A stretch of DNA of 39,253 nucleotides from Marmoricola sp. (lineage in GTDB: Bacteria > Actinomycetota > Actinomycetes > Propionibacteriales > Nocardioidaceae). The stretch spans positions 1 to 39,253 of the forward strand of contig DASVMH010000254.1 of assembly GCA_036384455.1 (NCBI GenBank), in the 5' to 3' direction. The notes below the pieces were generated by a model. It did no database searches. It was given only the letters and a program-made list of their open reading frames with translations, and was not told the origin of the DNA. Of this stretch, positions 10,030 through 18,684 are shown one piece after another; the first letter of the stretch is position 1; every line of letters starts with the position of its first letter. Made by a program: the position numbers and the translations under genes.

Positions 10030-10480
10030 GCCGCTTCTTCGCCGGGGCCTTCTTGGCGGGCGCCTTCTTCGCGGGTGTCTTCGCGCCGGCCTTCGTACGC
10101 GCCTTCTGCACCGCCGGCTCGCTGCGGATCAGGTCCGTGACGGTGAGGGCCGGCGACGCCAGCAACTCGAGGGCGTCGACGACCGCTGCGTGACTCGCGG
10201 CGACCTGGCCGAGCACCTCGGCCATGTCGGCCTGCAGCTGCGCGAAGGATGCCATCGCGTTGGCGAGGTTGCGTTGACTGGTGAGCAGCGCCTCGAGGGG
10301 GCGCGAGGTGGAAGCCGCGAGGTCACCGATCGCGGCGATCAGCGCGACGATCCGGTTGAGCGCCTCCTGGGGTTCACTCAGGCCGCTGCGGCTCGCCCGT
10401 ACGACTCCGTCGAACGCGTCCCCGACGAGACCGACCGCAGCCTTCTGCGATCGCGAGATTGCTTGCAGGGGATCCACCAT
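10010..10480 (-). CDS. Helical protein with C-terminal PAKK repeats (phasin/HBHA-like architecture)
   Basis: Ala/Leu-rich helical body ending TPAKKAPAKKAPAKKR. GAGGAG SD before ATG 10480 (alternative starts 10495, 10525). Confidence 0.7.
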   Translation of the reverse strand: MVDPLQAISRSQKAAVGLVGDAFDGVVRASRSGLSEPQEALNRIVALIAAIGDLAASTSRPLEALLTSQRNLANAMASFAQLQADMAEVLGQVAASHAAVVDALELLASPALTVTDLIRSEPAVQKARTKAGAKTPAKKAPAKKAPAKKRPTSGTR

Positions 10481-10541
10481 CGGTCCACTCCTCATGTCCG
10501 GGTCACGCATGCCTGGGTCCAGCATGGGCTACCTTCGCCCC

Positions 10542-11690
<1,149 letters not shown>

Positions 11691-11700
11691 GGAGCTAGCT

Positions 11701-12747
11701 GTGGACTTCACCCTCGACGACGAACAGCGCGCGCTGCGCGACGCCGCCCGTGGCGTACTGAAGGGCTACGACCCTGAGCGACGCCGGACGGTCACCTCTT
11801 CGGATCCCGGCTACGACACCGCCGTATGGGAGCAACTCGCGCAGATGGGCCTGCTCGGGCTGCCTTTCGCCGAGGCTGATGGCGGCTCCGGCGCCGGGCC
11901 GGTCGAGGTCGCCGTGGTGGCGGAGGAGATCGGCCGGGTGCTCGCGCCCGAGCCGTACGTCGCCGCCGTCGCGCTCGCCGGGGGCATCGTCGCGGCGGCC
12001 GGCTCTTCAGAACAACGGGCATCGCTGCTCGGCGGACTGTCCGACGGCTCGTCGCTGCTCGCCTTCGCCCACGCAGGCGCGGACGGCACCGCGGAGCCGG
12101 TGATCCAGGGTGCAGCCGCATCCCAGATCGTGTGGCAGGTGGGCGACGACCTCTTCGTCGCCCCCGCTCCCTCCGATGCGACCGCCTACGCGACGTACGA
12201 CGGCGGCCGCGGCGCCCGCCTGACCTTCGACTCCGCGAGCGCCGCTCCGCTCGGCGCTCCGGGTGCCGCGACATCCGCCGTAGTCCGGACCGCCGTCGCG
12301 CGCGCCCAGATCGCGGCTTGCCACGAGGCCCTCGGCGCCATGGACACCGCGCTCTCCCTGACCACCGAATACCTCAAGACGCGTCAGCAGTTCGGCGTCA
12401 CCCTCAACCGCTTCCAGGCGCTCACCTTCCGCGCCGCCGACTGCTACACCTCGCTCGAGCTGACCCGCAGCATCGTCACCTGGGCGACCATGGTCGCCGC
12501 CGAGGGCACCGACGACGAGATCGTCGAGGCCGCCGCCCGTGCGAAGTTGCAGACCGCCCGCGCCGGCCGGCACATCGGCCAGGAGGCGATCCAGCTGCAC
12601 GGTGGCATCGGGATGACCGCGGAGTACGCCGTCGGCCACTACACCGCCCGCCTCACCGCCCTCAACCACTGGCTCGGCGACGCCTCCTCCCAGATCACCA
12701 CCCTCGCCTCCGCCCTCACCACCGACGTCCTCGACCCCCTGCGCTGA
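11701..12747 (+). CDS. Acyl-CoA dehydrogenase, small subunit (PimD-like)
   Basis: MDFTLDDEQ, RQQFG..L..FQAL, IQLHGGIGMT; shortened middle domain; 10 nt after partner gene. Confidence 0.9.
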   Translation: MDFTLDDEQRALRDAARGVLKGYDPERRRTVTSSDPGYDTAVWEQLAQMGLLGLPFAEADGGSGAGPVEVAVVAEEIGRVLAPEPYVAAVALAGGIVAAAGSSEQRASLLGGLSDGSSLLAFAHAGADGTAEPVIQGAAASQIVWQVGDDLFVAPAPSDATAYATYDGGRGARLTFDSASAAPLGAPGAATSAVVRTAVARAQIAACHEALGAMDTALSLTTEYLKTRQQFGVTLNRFQALTFRAADCYTSLELTRSIVTWATMVAAEGTDDEIVEAAARAKLQTARAGRHIGQEAIQLHGGIGMTAEYAVGHYTARLTALNHWLGDASSQITTLASALTTDVLDPLR

Positions 12748-12797
12748 GACCCCAAAACTCTGACGCGTTTTCGCGCTGAGACCCCAAAACTCTGACG
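12741..12797. repeat. Tandem 25-bp direct repeat, 32-bp period
   Basis: GCGCTGAGACCCCAAAACTCTGACG is identical at 12741-12765 and 12773-12797. Confidence 0.9.
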
Positions 12798-13121
12798 GTT
12801 GCGGTGGTGGGCCGCCTCGCGGTGGCCCTGCGGGCCGCACGGGGTTGCGGCACGGACCCGGGTTCTCGTCACATTCCGGTGGCCGAACGTGTCGATACCC
12901 CCGTGCGTAACCCGAAGGCGTAGCCCAGCCGGACGGTGAGCCGTAGGGCCTGCGTGCCCAGGTACCGCAACCGACTACGGCGAGTAGCCAGCTTTCGCGT
13001 TTCACACCGGTCAGCTGCGCCGGCCGGTGCGCCGCGCGACCAGCCCGGGGATGCATCCAGCTCGGCGCGCGCGGAAGTCCGCAAGAAGATGGGATCTGCC
13101 TTTGCAGACAAGGCGAATCCC
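12796..13121 (+). ncRNA. Candidate structured non-coding RNA (or ssDNA structure) upstream of HNH gene
   Basis: Nested stems 12796-12805/12964-12973, 12824-12833/12941-12950, 12836-12844/12899-12907, 12848-12854/12888-12894, plus hairpins 13005-13029, 13032-13074, 13091-13121. Non-WC pairs in the stems read as G-U on the + strand. Confidence 0.55.
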
Positions 13122-13130
13122 AGCGGTTTG

Positions 13131-13152
13131 TGTCGGTGGTCGAACCTAGAAT
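13131..13152 (+). promoter_or_regulatory. PafBC-dependent (RecA-NDp type) DNA-damage promoter
   Basis: TGTCGG-TGGTCGAACC-TA-GAA-T matches the TGTCGG-N10-TA-N3-T consensus exactly; ATG 7 nt downstream. Confidence 0.8.
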
Positions 13153-13159
13153 TGGTCAC

Positions 13160-14515
13160 ATGTTCTCGGGCACCAACACCCTCGATCGACCCCACGGCCA
13201 CCGGGCCGTGCGGCCGGTCGATGACAGTGCTGCGGGCCAGGTGTTGGCCTCAGCACGTGAGCATCGTCGGATCTCCCAGGCCGCCGAAGCGGCACTGCTG
13301 GGAGATGTGTTGGCCTGGTGTGAGCTGCATGTCACCGACGACCCGGATGAGGGTGCGACCTGGGGTGACGTCCCGGTGCACCTGGGCGGCCAGGGGTGTC
13401 CGTGGGTGCGGGAGTTCACGATCACCGAACTCGCCGCCGGGTTGGGTCTCTCCCTCCCTGCGGCTCGGGGTCTGGTCTCTGATGTGTTGGAGATGGCGTT
13501 CCGGCTCCCCAGGCTGTGGGCACGGGTCCACGACGGTGGCCTCGCCTCGTGGCGGGCGCGGCGGATCGCCGCCCAGACCCAGACCCTCACCCTTGAGGCC
13601 GCGGGGTTCGTCGATGCCCAGGTGGCACCGTTCGCCGACAAGCTGGGTGCGGTCGCGGTCGAACGGGCCGTGGAGGACGCAACCATCCGATACATGCCCG
13701 ACGTAGCCCGTGCACAGCGTGAGGCTGCGGCTGATGGGCGCCGTTTCGACGTTGACCGGTTCCAGGTGTCTTTTGTCGGCACCAGTCGTATCGAGGGGGA
13801 ACTGGATCTGGCTGATGCGGTCGACCTGGACCACGCCATCGCCACCATCGCCGAAGACCTCAAGACCCTCTACCCCGACCTGCCGTTGGACCAACGCCGC
13901 GCAATGGCCGCCGGACAACTCGCACGACGACAGCTCGGACTACCAGAACCCGTAGCCAACCGCGTCGAGACCCAGCCGGCGTCTCGACACGCTGGACGTA
14001 CGGGCGAGCGCCGCGACGTGATCCTCTACGCCCACCTCTCGTCAGATGCCGTCCTCTCCCTTGAGGGACACAGCAACCCGATCCTCACCCCCGACGCGTT
14101 CCGCGACCTGCTGGACATTCCGAGCGACGTGCATCTGACCGTGCGCCCGGTGATCGATCTGAACGCGAACCTGACCAGCAGCGGCCGCTTCGCCACCGAC
14201 CTGCAACGCGTACAAATCACGCTGCGCGATCGGACCTGCGCCGCCCCGTACTGCCAACACCCCGCCCGCCACCTCGACCTCGACCACATCGACGCCTGGG
14301 ACGACACCGGACCACCCGGAGTCTCGACAAGCTCGACCAGCGAAAGACGCTCGACGGAGAGTGCGAACCTCGCGCCCCTGTGCCGACATCACCACCGCGC
14401 CAAAACATTCACCGGCTGGACCTACCAACAACTGGTCCCCGGCGTGTTCCTCTGGGAATCACCGCACGGACTACACCACCTCACCTACACCGGCCACACC
14501 CTCGCGCTCGACTGA
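13160..14515 (+). CDS. DUF222 / HNH endonuclease (REP13E12-like)
   Basis: ELAAGLGLS...RLPRLW...WRARRIA N-terminal DUF222-like region; C-terminal RDRTCAAPYC...DLDH...NLAPLCRHHHRAKT...W HNH/zinc motif. Confidence 0.9.
   Translation: MFSGTNTLDRPHGHRAVRPVDDSAAGQVLASAREHRRISQAAEAALLGDVLAWCELHVTDDPDEGATWGDVPVHLGGQGCPWVREFTITELAAGLGLSLPAARGLVSDVLEMAFRLPRLWARVHDGGLASWRARRIAAQTQTLTLEAAGFVDAQVAPFADKLGAVAVERAVEDATIRYMPDVARAQREAAADGRRFDVDRFQVSFVGTSRIEGELDLADAVDLDHAIATIAEDLKTLYPDLPLDQRRAMAAGQLARRQLGLPEPVANRVETQPASRHAGRTGERRDVILYAHLSSDAVLSLEGHSNPILTPDAFRDLLDIPSDVHLTVRPVIDLNANLTSSGRFATDLQRVQITLRDRTCAAPYCQHPARHLDLDHIDAWDDTGPPGVSTSSTSERRSTESANLAPLCRHHHRAKTFTGWTYQQLVPGVFLWESPHGLHHLTYTGHTLALD
13961..13992. repeat. 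REP-like palindrome inside HNH gene
   Basis: GTCGAGAC (13964-13971) / GTCTCGAC (13981-13988) inverted repeat. Confidence 0.5.
14321..14342. repeat. REP-like element inside HNH motif
   Basis: GTCTCGACAAGCTCGACCAGCG, translated VSTSSTS; resembles (from recall) a common actinobacterial intergenic repeat. Confidence 0.55.
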
Positions 14516-14548
14516 GCCCTGACCACGCCGACGGGTACCGTTCCTGGC

Positions 14549-15172
14549 ATGGGCGAGACTGCAAGCCTCGGGGTCGTTCTGCTCTGGCACGGGCGAGGTC
14601 CCAATGAGGCAGCTTCTCTCGCAACGCTGGCGACCGCGCTCGAGCACCGCGGGTTCCTCACCATCGCCCCCAACTGGGACTCCACATCCGCCGACTGCGG
14701 TCGGACCACGTTGATGGCCTCGCTCGAGCAGGCTTTGGCCACAGCAACGCGAGCGAACACTGGGTTGACCGTCGCGGGCTGGTCGATGGGCGGCACGGCC
14801 GCCCTGTCCCTCGCGCGTACCGGATCCACGTTACCCACGGTCGAGCGCGTGGTCGGGTTGGCCGCCGACGTTCACAAACCCTCGGTTTTGGACGGCCGCG
14901 CACCGATCGGGGAGGCCACGGACGCGTTGATGATGCGCGTCCATCTCGTGCACGGGCGGCAGGACACGGTGGTGCCGGTGGAGTTGACCGAACGCTTCGC
15001 AGCGCGCAACCCCGACATGTGCGAGATGACCCTCGTCGACTCCGACCATGCCGGAGTTATCGGCACGGCGTACGACGAGAGGGCCGGCCTTTGTCGACCG
15101 AGCAGTGAGCCGAGCGCGCAGGCAGGGCTGCGCGCGGCGGTGGCCGCGATCACGGGCGAGACGGCCCGCTAA
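14549..15172 (+). CDS. Alpha/beta hydrolase
   Basis: LWHG, nucleophile elbow GWSMGG, VHGRQDTVVP, C-terminal DH. Confidence 0.85.
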   Translation: MGETASLGVVLLWHGRGPNEAASLATLATALEHRGFLTIAPNWDSTSADCGRTTLMASLEQALATATRANTGLTVAGWSMGGTAALSLARTGSTLPTVERVVGLAADVHKPSVLDGRAPIGEATDALMMRVHLVHGRQDTVVPVELTERFAARNPDMCEMTLVDSDHAGVIGTAYDERAGLCRPSSEPSAQAGLRAAVAAITGETAR

Positions 15173-17190
15173 CCCACCCAGAAGCCCCGGCCGCCGTACC
15201 AATCCCCCATGTGGCCGTAGCCGCCACGGTCGAAGGAGGAGCGGGAGCCGAGGTAGCTGCCGACGACGGCGGCGCCGAGGTCGTCGAGCTCGGGGGCGAC
15301 GACGCGGCCGTCGACGCGCTTGGCCATCGACTCGATGAAGCGGGCCAGGCCGGGATCCTCGCCGAGGCGGAAGAAGGTGGTCTGGGCGCCGAGGCGGCCG
15401 GCGTTGTCGAGCTCGCGGACGGCGTACGCCACGGTGAGCGGGTGTGGCGGATAGGTGAAGAACACCTCGCCGTCGGGCTCGAGGTGGGAGGTCGGCTCGC
15501 CGTCGGTGACGATGAGGAGGACGGGCTGGGCGTTGGGGTGCTTGCGGAAGTGCCGGTTGGCGAGCAGCAGCGCGTGGTGCAGGTTGGTGCCCTTGTCCCA
15601 CATGGCGTCGAGACCGGTCAGTTCCTCGATCTCCATCACCCGCGCGTGCCGACCGAAGCCGATCAGCTGCAGATGATCGCCGCGGAAGCGCGAACTGATC
15701 AGCTGGTGCAGGGCCAGCGCGGTCCGCTTCATCGGCACCCAGCGACCGTCCATCGCCATCGAGAAGGACGTGTCCACGAGCAGCGCCACGGCGGCCTGGG
15801 TGCGGGCCTCGGTCTCGTCTATCTCGACGTCGTCGATCGTGAGGCGGACCGGTGGGGCGGGAGCGTCTTCGCCGGCCTGCCGGATGACGGCATTGGTGAT
15901 GGTGCGCGGCACGTTCCAGGGCTGGGTGTCGCCGAACTCCCACGATCGCGAGGCCCCACTGAGCTCACCGGCGGCACCGGACTGGCGCAGGTCGCGCTGG
16001 CCCTGGCGTCCGGACATCCGGTCGGCGACGTCGCGCAGCAGCGCGCGGCCGAGCTGACGCATCGCCTTCGGGGACAGCCGCAGCTCGCCGTCGGTGCCGC
16101 GCTTGAGGTAGCCGGAGTCGCGTAAGGCGCGCTCGAGCTCCTGCAACGTACGGGCATCGACGGCGGCTTCATCGCCGAGTTGCCGGGCGAGGGCATCGAT
16201 GTCGAGGTCGTCCATGCGGGCGCCGCCGTACGACTGGGAGAGCTGATCGGAGAGCTGATCGAGCTCGGCGATGTCCTGGAGCACACCGGTGCCGTCGCCG
16301 AGGCCCAGCCCCTCACCGCCCTCGAACTGCTCCGAGCCACTCCAGTCCTCCCCCGGGCGCAGCGCCTGCAGGTTGCCGTCGAGTCGGGACAACTGCTCCA
16401 TCAACGAAGGGGATCCGAACGCCTGCTGCGACAGCTCCATCAGTTCTTGGCGCTGCTCGGGCGTCATCGAGTTGAGCATCCGCTGCGCGGCTGCCGAGCG
16501 CTGGGCGAGCGCGTCGAGCAACTCGTCGATGTTCGAGGGGTTCTCCGGGAAGAACGACCCGTGCTTGTCCATGAAGTCGGAGAAGTCCTCAGGAGTGTCC
16601 GCACCCGCGGCGTGCTTCTCCAACAGCTCGTTGAGATCGGTGAGCATCTCGTTGATCGCGGCCCGGTCCTCGTCGGTCGCTCCCTCGAGCGCCTGCTTCA
16701 TGCCCTTGAACCGCTGATCCAACATCTCGCGGCCGAGCAGATCCTTGATCTCCTCGTACGCCTGCCGCGCCTCCTGCGACTGCCAGTCGTAGTCCGACAG
16801 CTCGGTGACCGCTGCCGCCGTGGAGGGCGAGAGGTTGTCCATCCGCATCTCGCGGAAGGAGCGATCCATGTCGTCCATCTCGATGTCGCGGGCGAGCTGC
16901 TTGCGCTCCTCGAGGACCGCCTTGTCGAGCAGCTCGCGCACCTGCTGCAGCGTGCCGTCGAGCGAATGCCGCTGCAGCATCTCCTGGCGCTTCTCGGCGA
17001 TCCGGCGGGCGAGGTCGTCGAGGCCACGACGCTCGGAGCCGCCACGCCGCAGGAATTCCCGCATCGCCCACTCGGGCGAGTAACCCGCCATCACGTCCTG
17101 GCCGATGGCGTCGAGAGCTTCACGCAGGTCGACCGGAGGGGCGAGCGGGTCACCCCCTTCGTACCGTTTGAAGCGGGAGTGGCGGCTCAT
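15169..17190 (-). CDS. vWA domain-containing protein (Rv0959-like)
   Basis: MIDAS DTSFS, GTNLHHAL, LIVTDGEPT; long acidic helical N-terminus; overlaps the ATPase stop. Confidence 0.88.
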   Translation of the reverse strand: MSRHSRFKRYEGGDPLAPPVDLREALDAIGQDVMAGYSPEWAMREFLRRGGSERRGLDDLARRIAEKRQEMLQRHSLDGTLQQVRELLDKAVLEERKQLARDIEMDDMDRSFREMRMDNLSPSTAAAVTELSDYDWQSQEARQAYEEIKDLLGREMLDQRFKGMKQALEGATDEDRAAINEMLTDLNELLEKHAAGADTPEDFSDFMDKHGSFFPENPSNIDELLDALAQRSAAAQRMLNSMTPEQRQELMELSQQAFGSPSLMEQLSRLDGNLQALRPGEDWSGSEQFEGGEGLGLGDGTGVLQDIAELDQLSDQLSQSYGGARMDDLDIDALARQLGDEAAVDARTLQELERALRDSGYLKRGTDGELRLSPKAMRQLGRALLRDVADRMSGRQGQRDLRQSGAAGELSGASRSWEFGDTQPWNVPRTITNAVIRQAGEDAPAPPVRLTIDDVEIDETEARTQAAVALLVDTSFSMAMDGRWVPMKRTALALHQLISSRFRGDHLQLIGFGRHARVMEIEELTGLDAMWDKGTNLHHALLLANRHFRKHPNAQPVLLIVTDGEPTSHLEPDGEVFFTYPPHPLTVAYAVRELDNAGRLGAQTTFFRLGEDPGLARFIESMAKRVDGRVVAPELDDLGAAVVGSYLGSRSSFDRGGYGHMGDWYGGRGFWVG

Positions 17191-18590
17191 CCGTAGACCG
17201 TCTCGGATCCGTCGGAGTCCTTGCCGATCTTGCGGGCCAGGAAGAGCCCTTCGAGGGCGAGCTCGATCGCGCTGGCGCGCTCGCCTTCATCGGTGGCACC
17301 CAGCCGATCCATGACCTGGTCGTAGACGTCGGACTCCCCCAGCACCGGCAGGCCGGCCAGGAAGTCGCGGGCCGTGACCTGGGCACCGGTCGAGATGGTG
17401 GCGCCGTTCTCGACCGCGTCGACGAGCAGGGCGAGGTCGATGCCGCCGAGGTGCGCGCTCACGGTCTGGGCGATCGCGACCCGGAGCAGGTGCTCGAGCA
17501 CCTCTGCCTCGCGGCCCTCCTCACCGGTCTCGAACTCGATCTTGCCGCCGAGCACATCGACGGCGGTCTCGAGATCCACGACCCGCGCGACGGCGCGATC
17601 CTCACCCCGCACGGTGCCGCGATGCAACGCGGCCGCAGCGATCGTCTCCGCTCCCGCGATGGCGAAGCGCGCGGAGACGCCGGAGCGCTGATCGACGGCG
17701 TTGGACTCGCGCAGCTGTCGGGTGAAGCGGGCGAGCACCTCGATGAGGTGGTCGGGCACGACCGCGACGAGCTCCGCCTCCTGCCTGATCACCGCGACCT
17801 CGTCCTCGATCTGCGTGGGGTAATGGGTGCGGATCTCGGCGCCGAAGCGGTCCTTGAGCGGGGTGATGATCCGGCCGCGGTTGGTGTAGTCCTCGGGGTT
17901 GGCGCTGGCCAGCACGAGTACGTCGAGGGGCAGCCGCAGGACGTACCCGCGGATCTGGATGTCGCGTTCCTCCATCACGTTGAGCATCGCGACCTGGATG
18001 CGCTCGGCGAGATCGGGAAGCTCGTTGATCGCGACGATCCCCCGGTGGCTGCGCGGGATCAGCCCGAAGTGGATCGTCTCCGGGTCGCCGAGCGATCGCC
18101 CCTCGGCGACCTTCATCGGGTCGACGTCGCCGATCAGGTCGGCCACCGACGTGTCGGGGGTGGCGAGCTTCTCGGCGTACCGCTCACTGCGGTGTCGCCA
18201 CGCCACCGGCAACTCGTCGCCCTCGGTCTCGGCACGCCGCTTGGACCCGACCGTGATCGGTTCGTACGGGTGCTCGCCGAGCTCGCTGCCCTCGATGGCC
18301 GGTGTCCACTCGTCGAGCAGGCCGACCATCGTGCGCAGCAGCCGGGTCTTGCCCTGGCCACGCTCGCCGAGCAGCACGATGTCGTGGCCGGCGATCAGGG
18401 CCCGCTCGAGCTGCGGGATCACGGTGTCGTCGAGGCCGTGGAGGCCGGGCCACGGATCCTCGCCGGCGGCCAGCTTCGCGAGCAGGTTGTCGCGGATCTC
18501 CTCACGCAGCGTCTTGAGCTCGTGACCGCTCGCGCGGAGCTGGCCGAGGGTCCGGGCGGTGGGCATCGGCGAAGACATCTGTTCCGTCAC
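17187..18590 (-). CDS. AAA+ ATPase, Mg-chelatase ChlI-like (Rv0958-like)
   Basis: Walker A GERGQGKT, Walker B-like VAINEL, ASANPEDY, PLKDRFG. GTG 18590 lies 7 nt after a TAGCGT -10. Confidence 0.88.
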   Translation of the reverse strand: MTEQMSSPMPTARTLGQLRASGHELKTLREEIRDNLLAKLAAGEDPWPGLHGLDDTVIPQLERALIAGHDIVLLGERGQGKTRLLRTMVGLLDEWTPAIEGSELGEHPYEPITVGSKRRAETEGDELPVAWRHRSERYAEKLATPDTSVADLIGDVDPMKVAEGRSLGDPETIHFGLIPRSHRGIVAINELPDLAERIQVAMLNVMEERDIQIRGYVLRLPLDVLVLASANPEDYTNRGRIITPLKDRFGAEIRTHYPTQIEDEVAVIRQEAELVAVVPDHLIEVLARFTRQLRESNAVDQRSGVSARFAIAGAETIAAAALHRGTVRGEDRAVARVVDLETAVDVLGGKIEFETGEEGREAEVLEHLLRVAIAQTVSAHLGGIDLALLVDAVENGATISTGAQVTARDFLAGLPVLGESDVYDQVMDRLGATDEGERASAIELALEGLFLARKIGKDSDGSETVYG

Positions 18591-18684
18591 ATGCTCCACG
18601 CTAGTCCGCCCGCGCAATCCGCCGAATCGACCCGCACGGACGGGCGGCGCGGTAACGTGCGTAGGCGTTAGGCAGGTGGGACCG

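Noticed and set aside
12741-12797. CRISPR array
   Set aside because: Only two units with a 7-nt spacer, and no cas genes in the window.
12938-12972. Group II intron domain V (GAGCCGTA...GTAC)
   Set aside because: The 3' side does not pair back as DV requires, these bases pair better with 12796-12833, and no RT/maturase is present.
13140-13168. LexA SOS box at the HNH start
   Set aside because: Best candidate GGTC-ACAT-GTTC has two mismatches to GAAC-N4-GTTC; the PafBC motif fits exactly instead.
12869-13201. 110-aa minus-strand ORF and 12936..13706 plus-strand ORF over the structured region
   Set aside because: No recognisable motifs; they overlap the HNH promoter and gene; likely chance ORFs.
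13160-14515. IscB/Cas9/TnpB assignment
   Set aside because: No PLMP or RuvC motifs seen; the architecture is DUF222 plus a C-terminal HNH.
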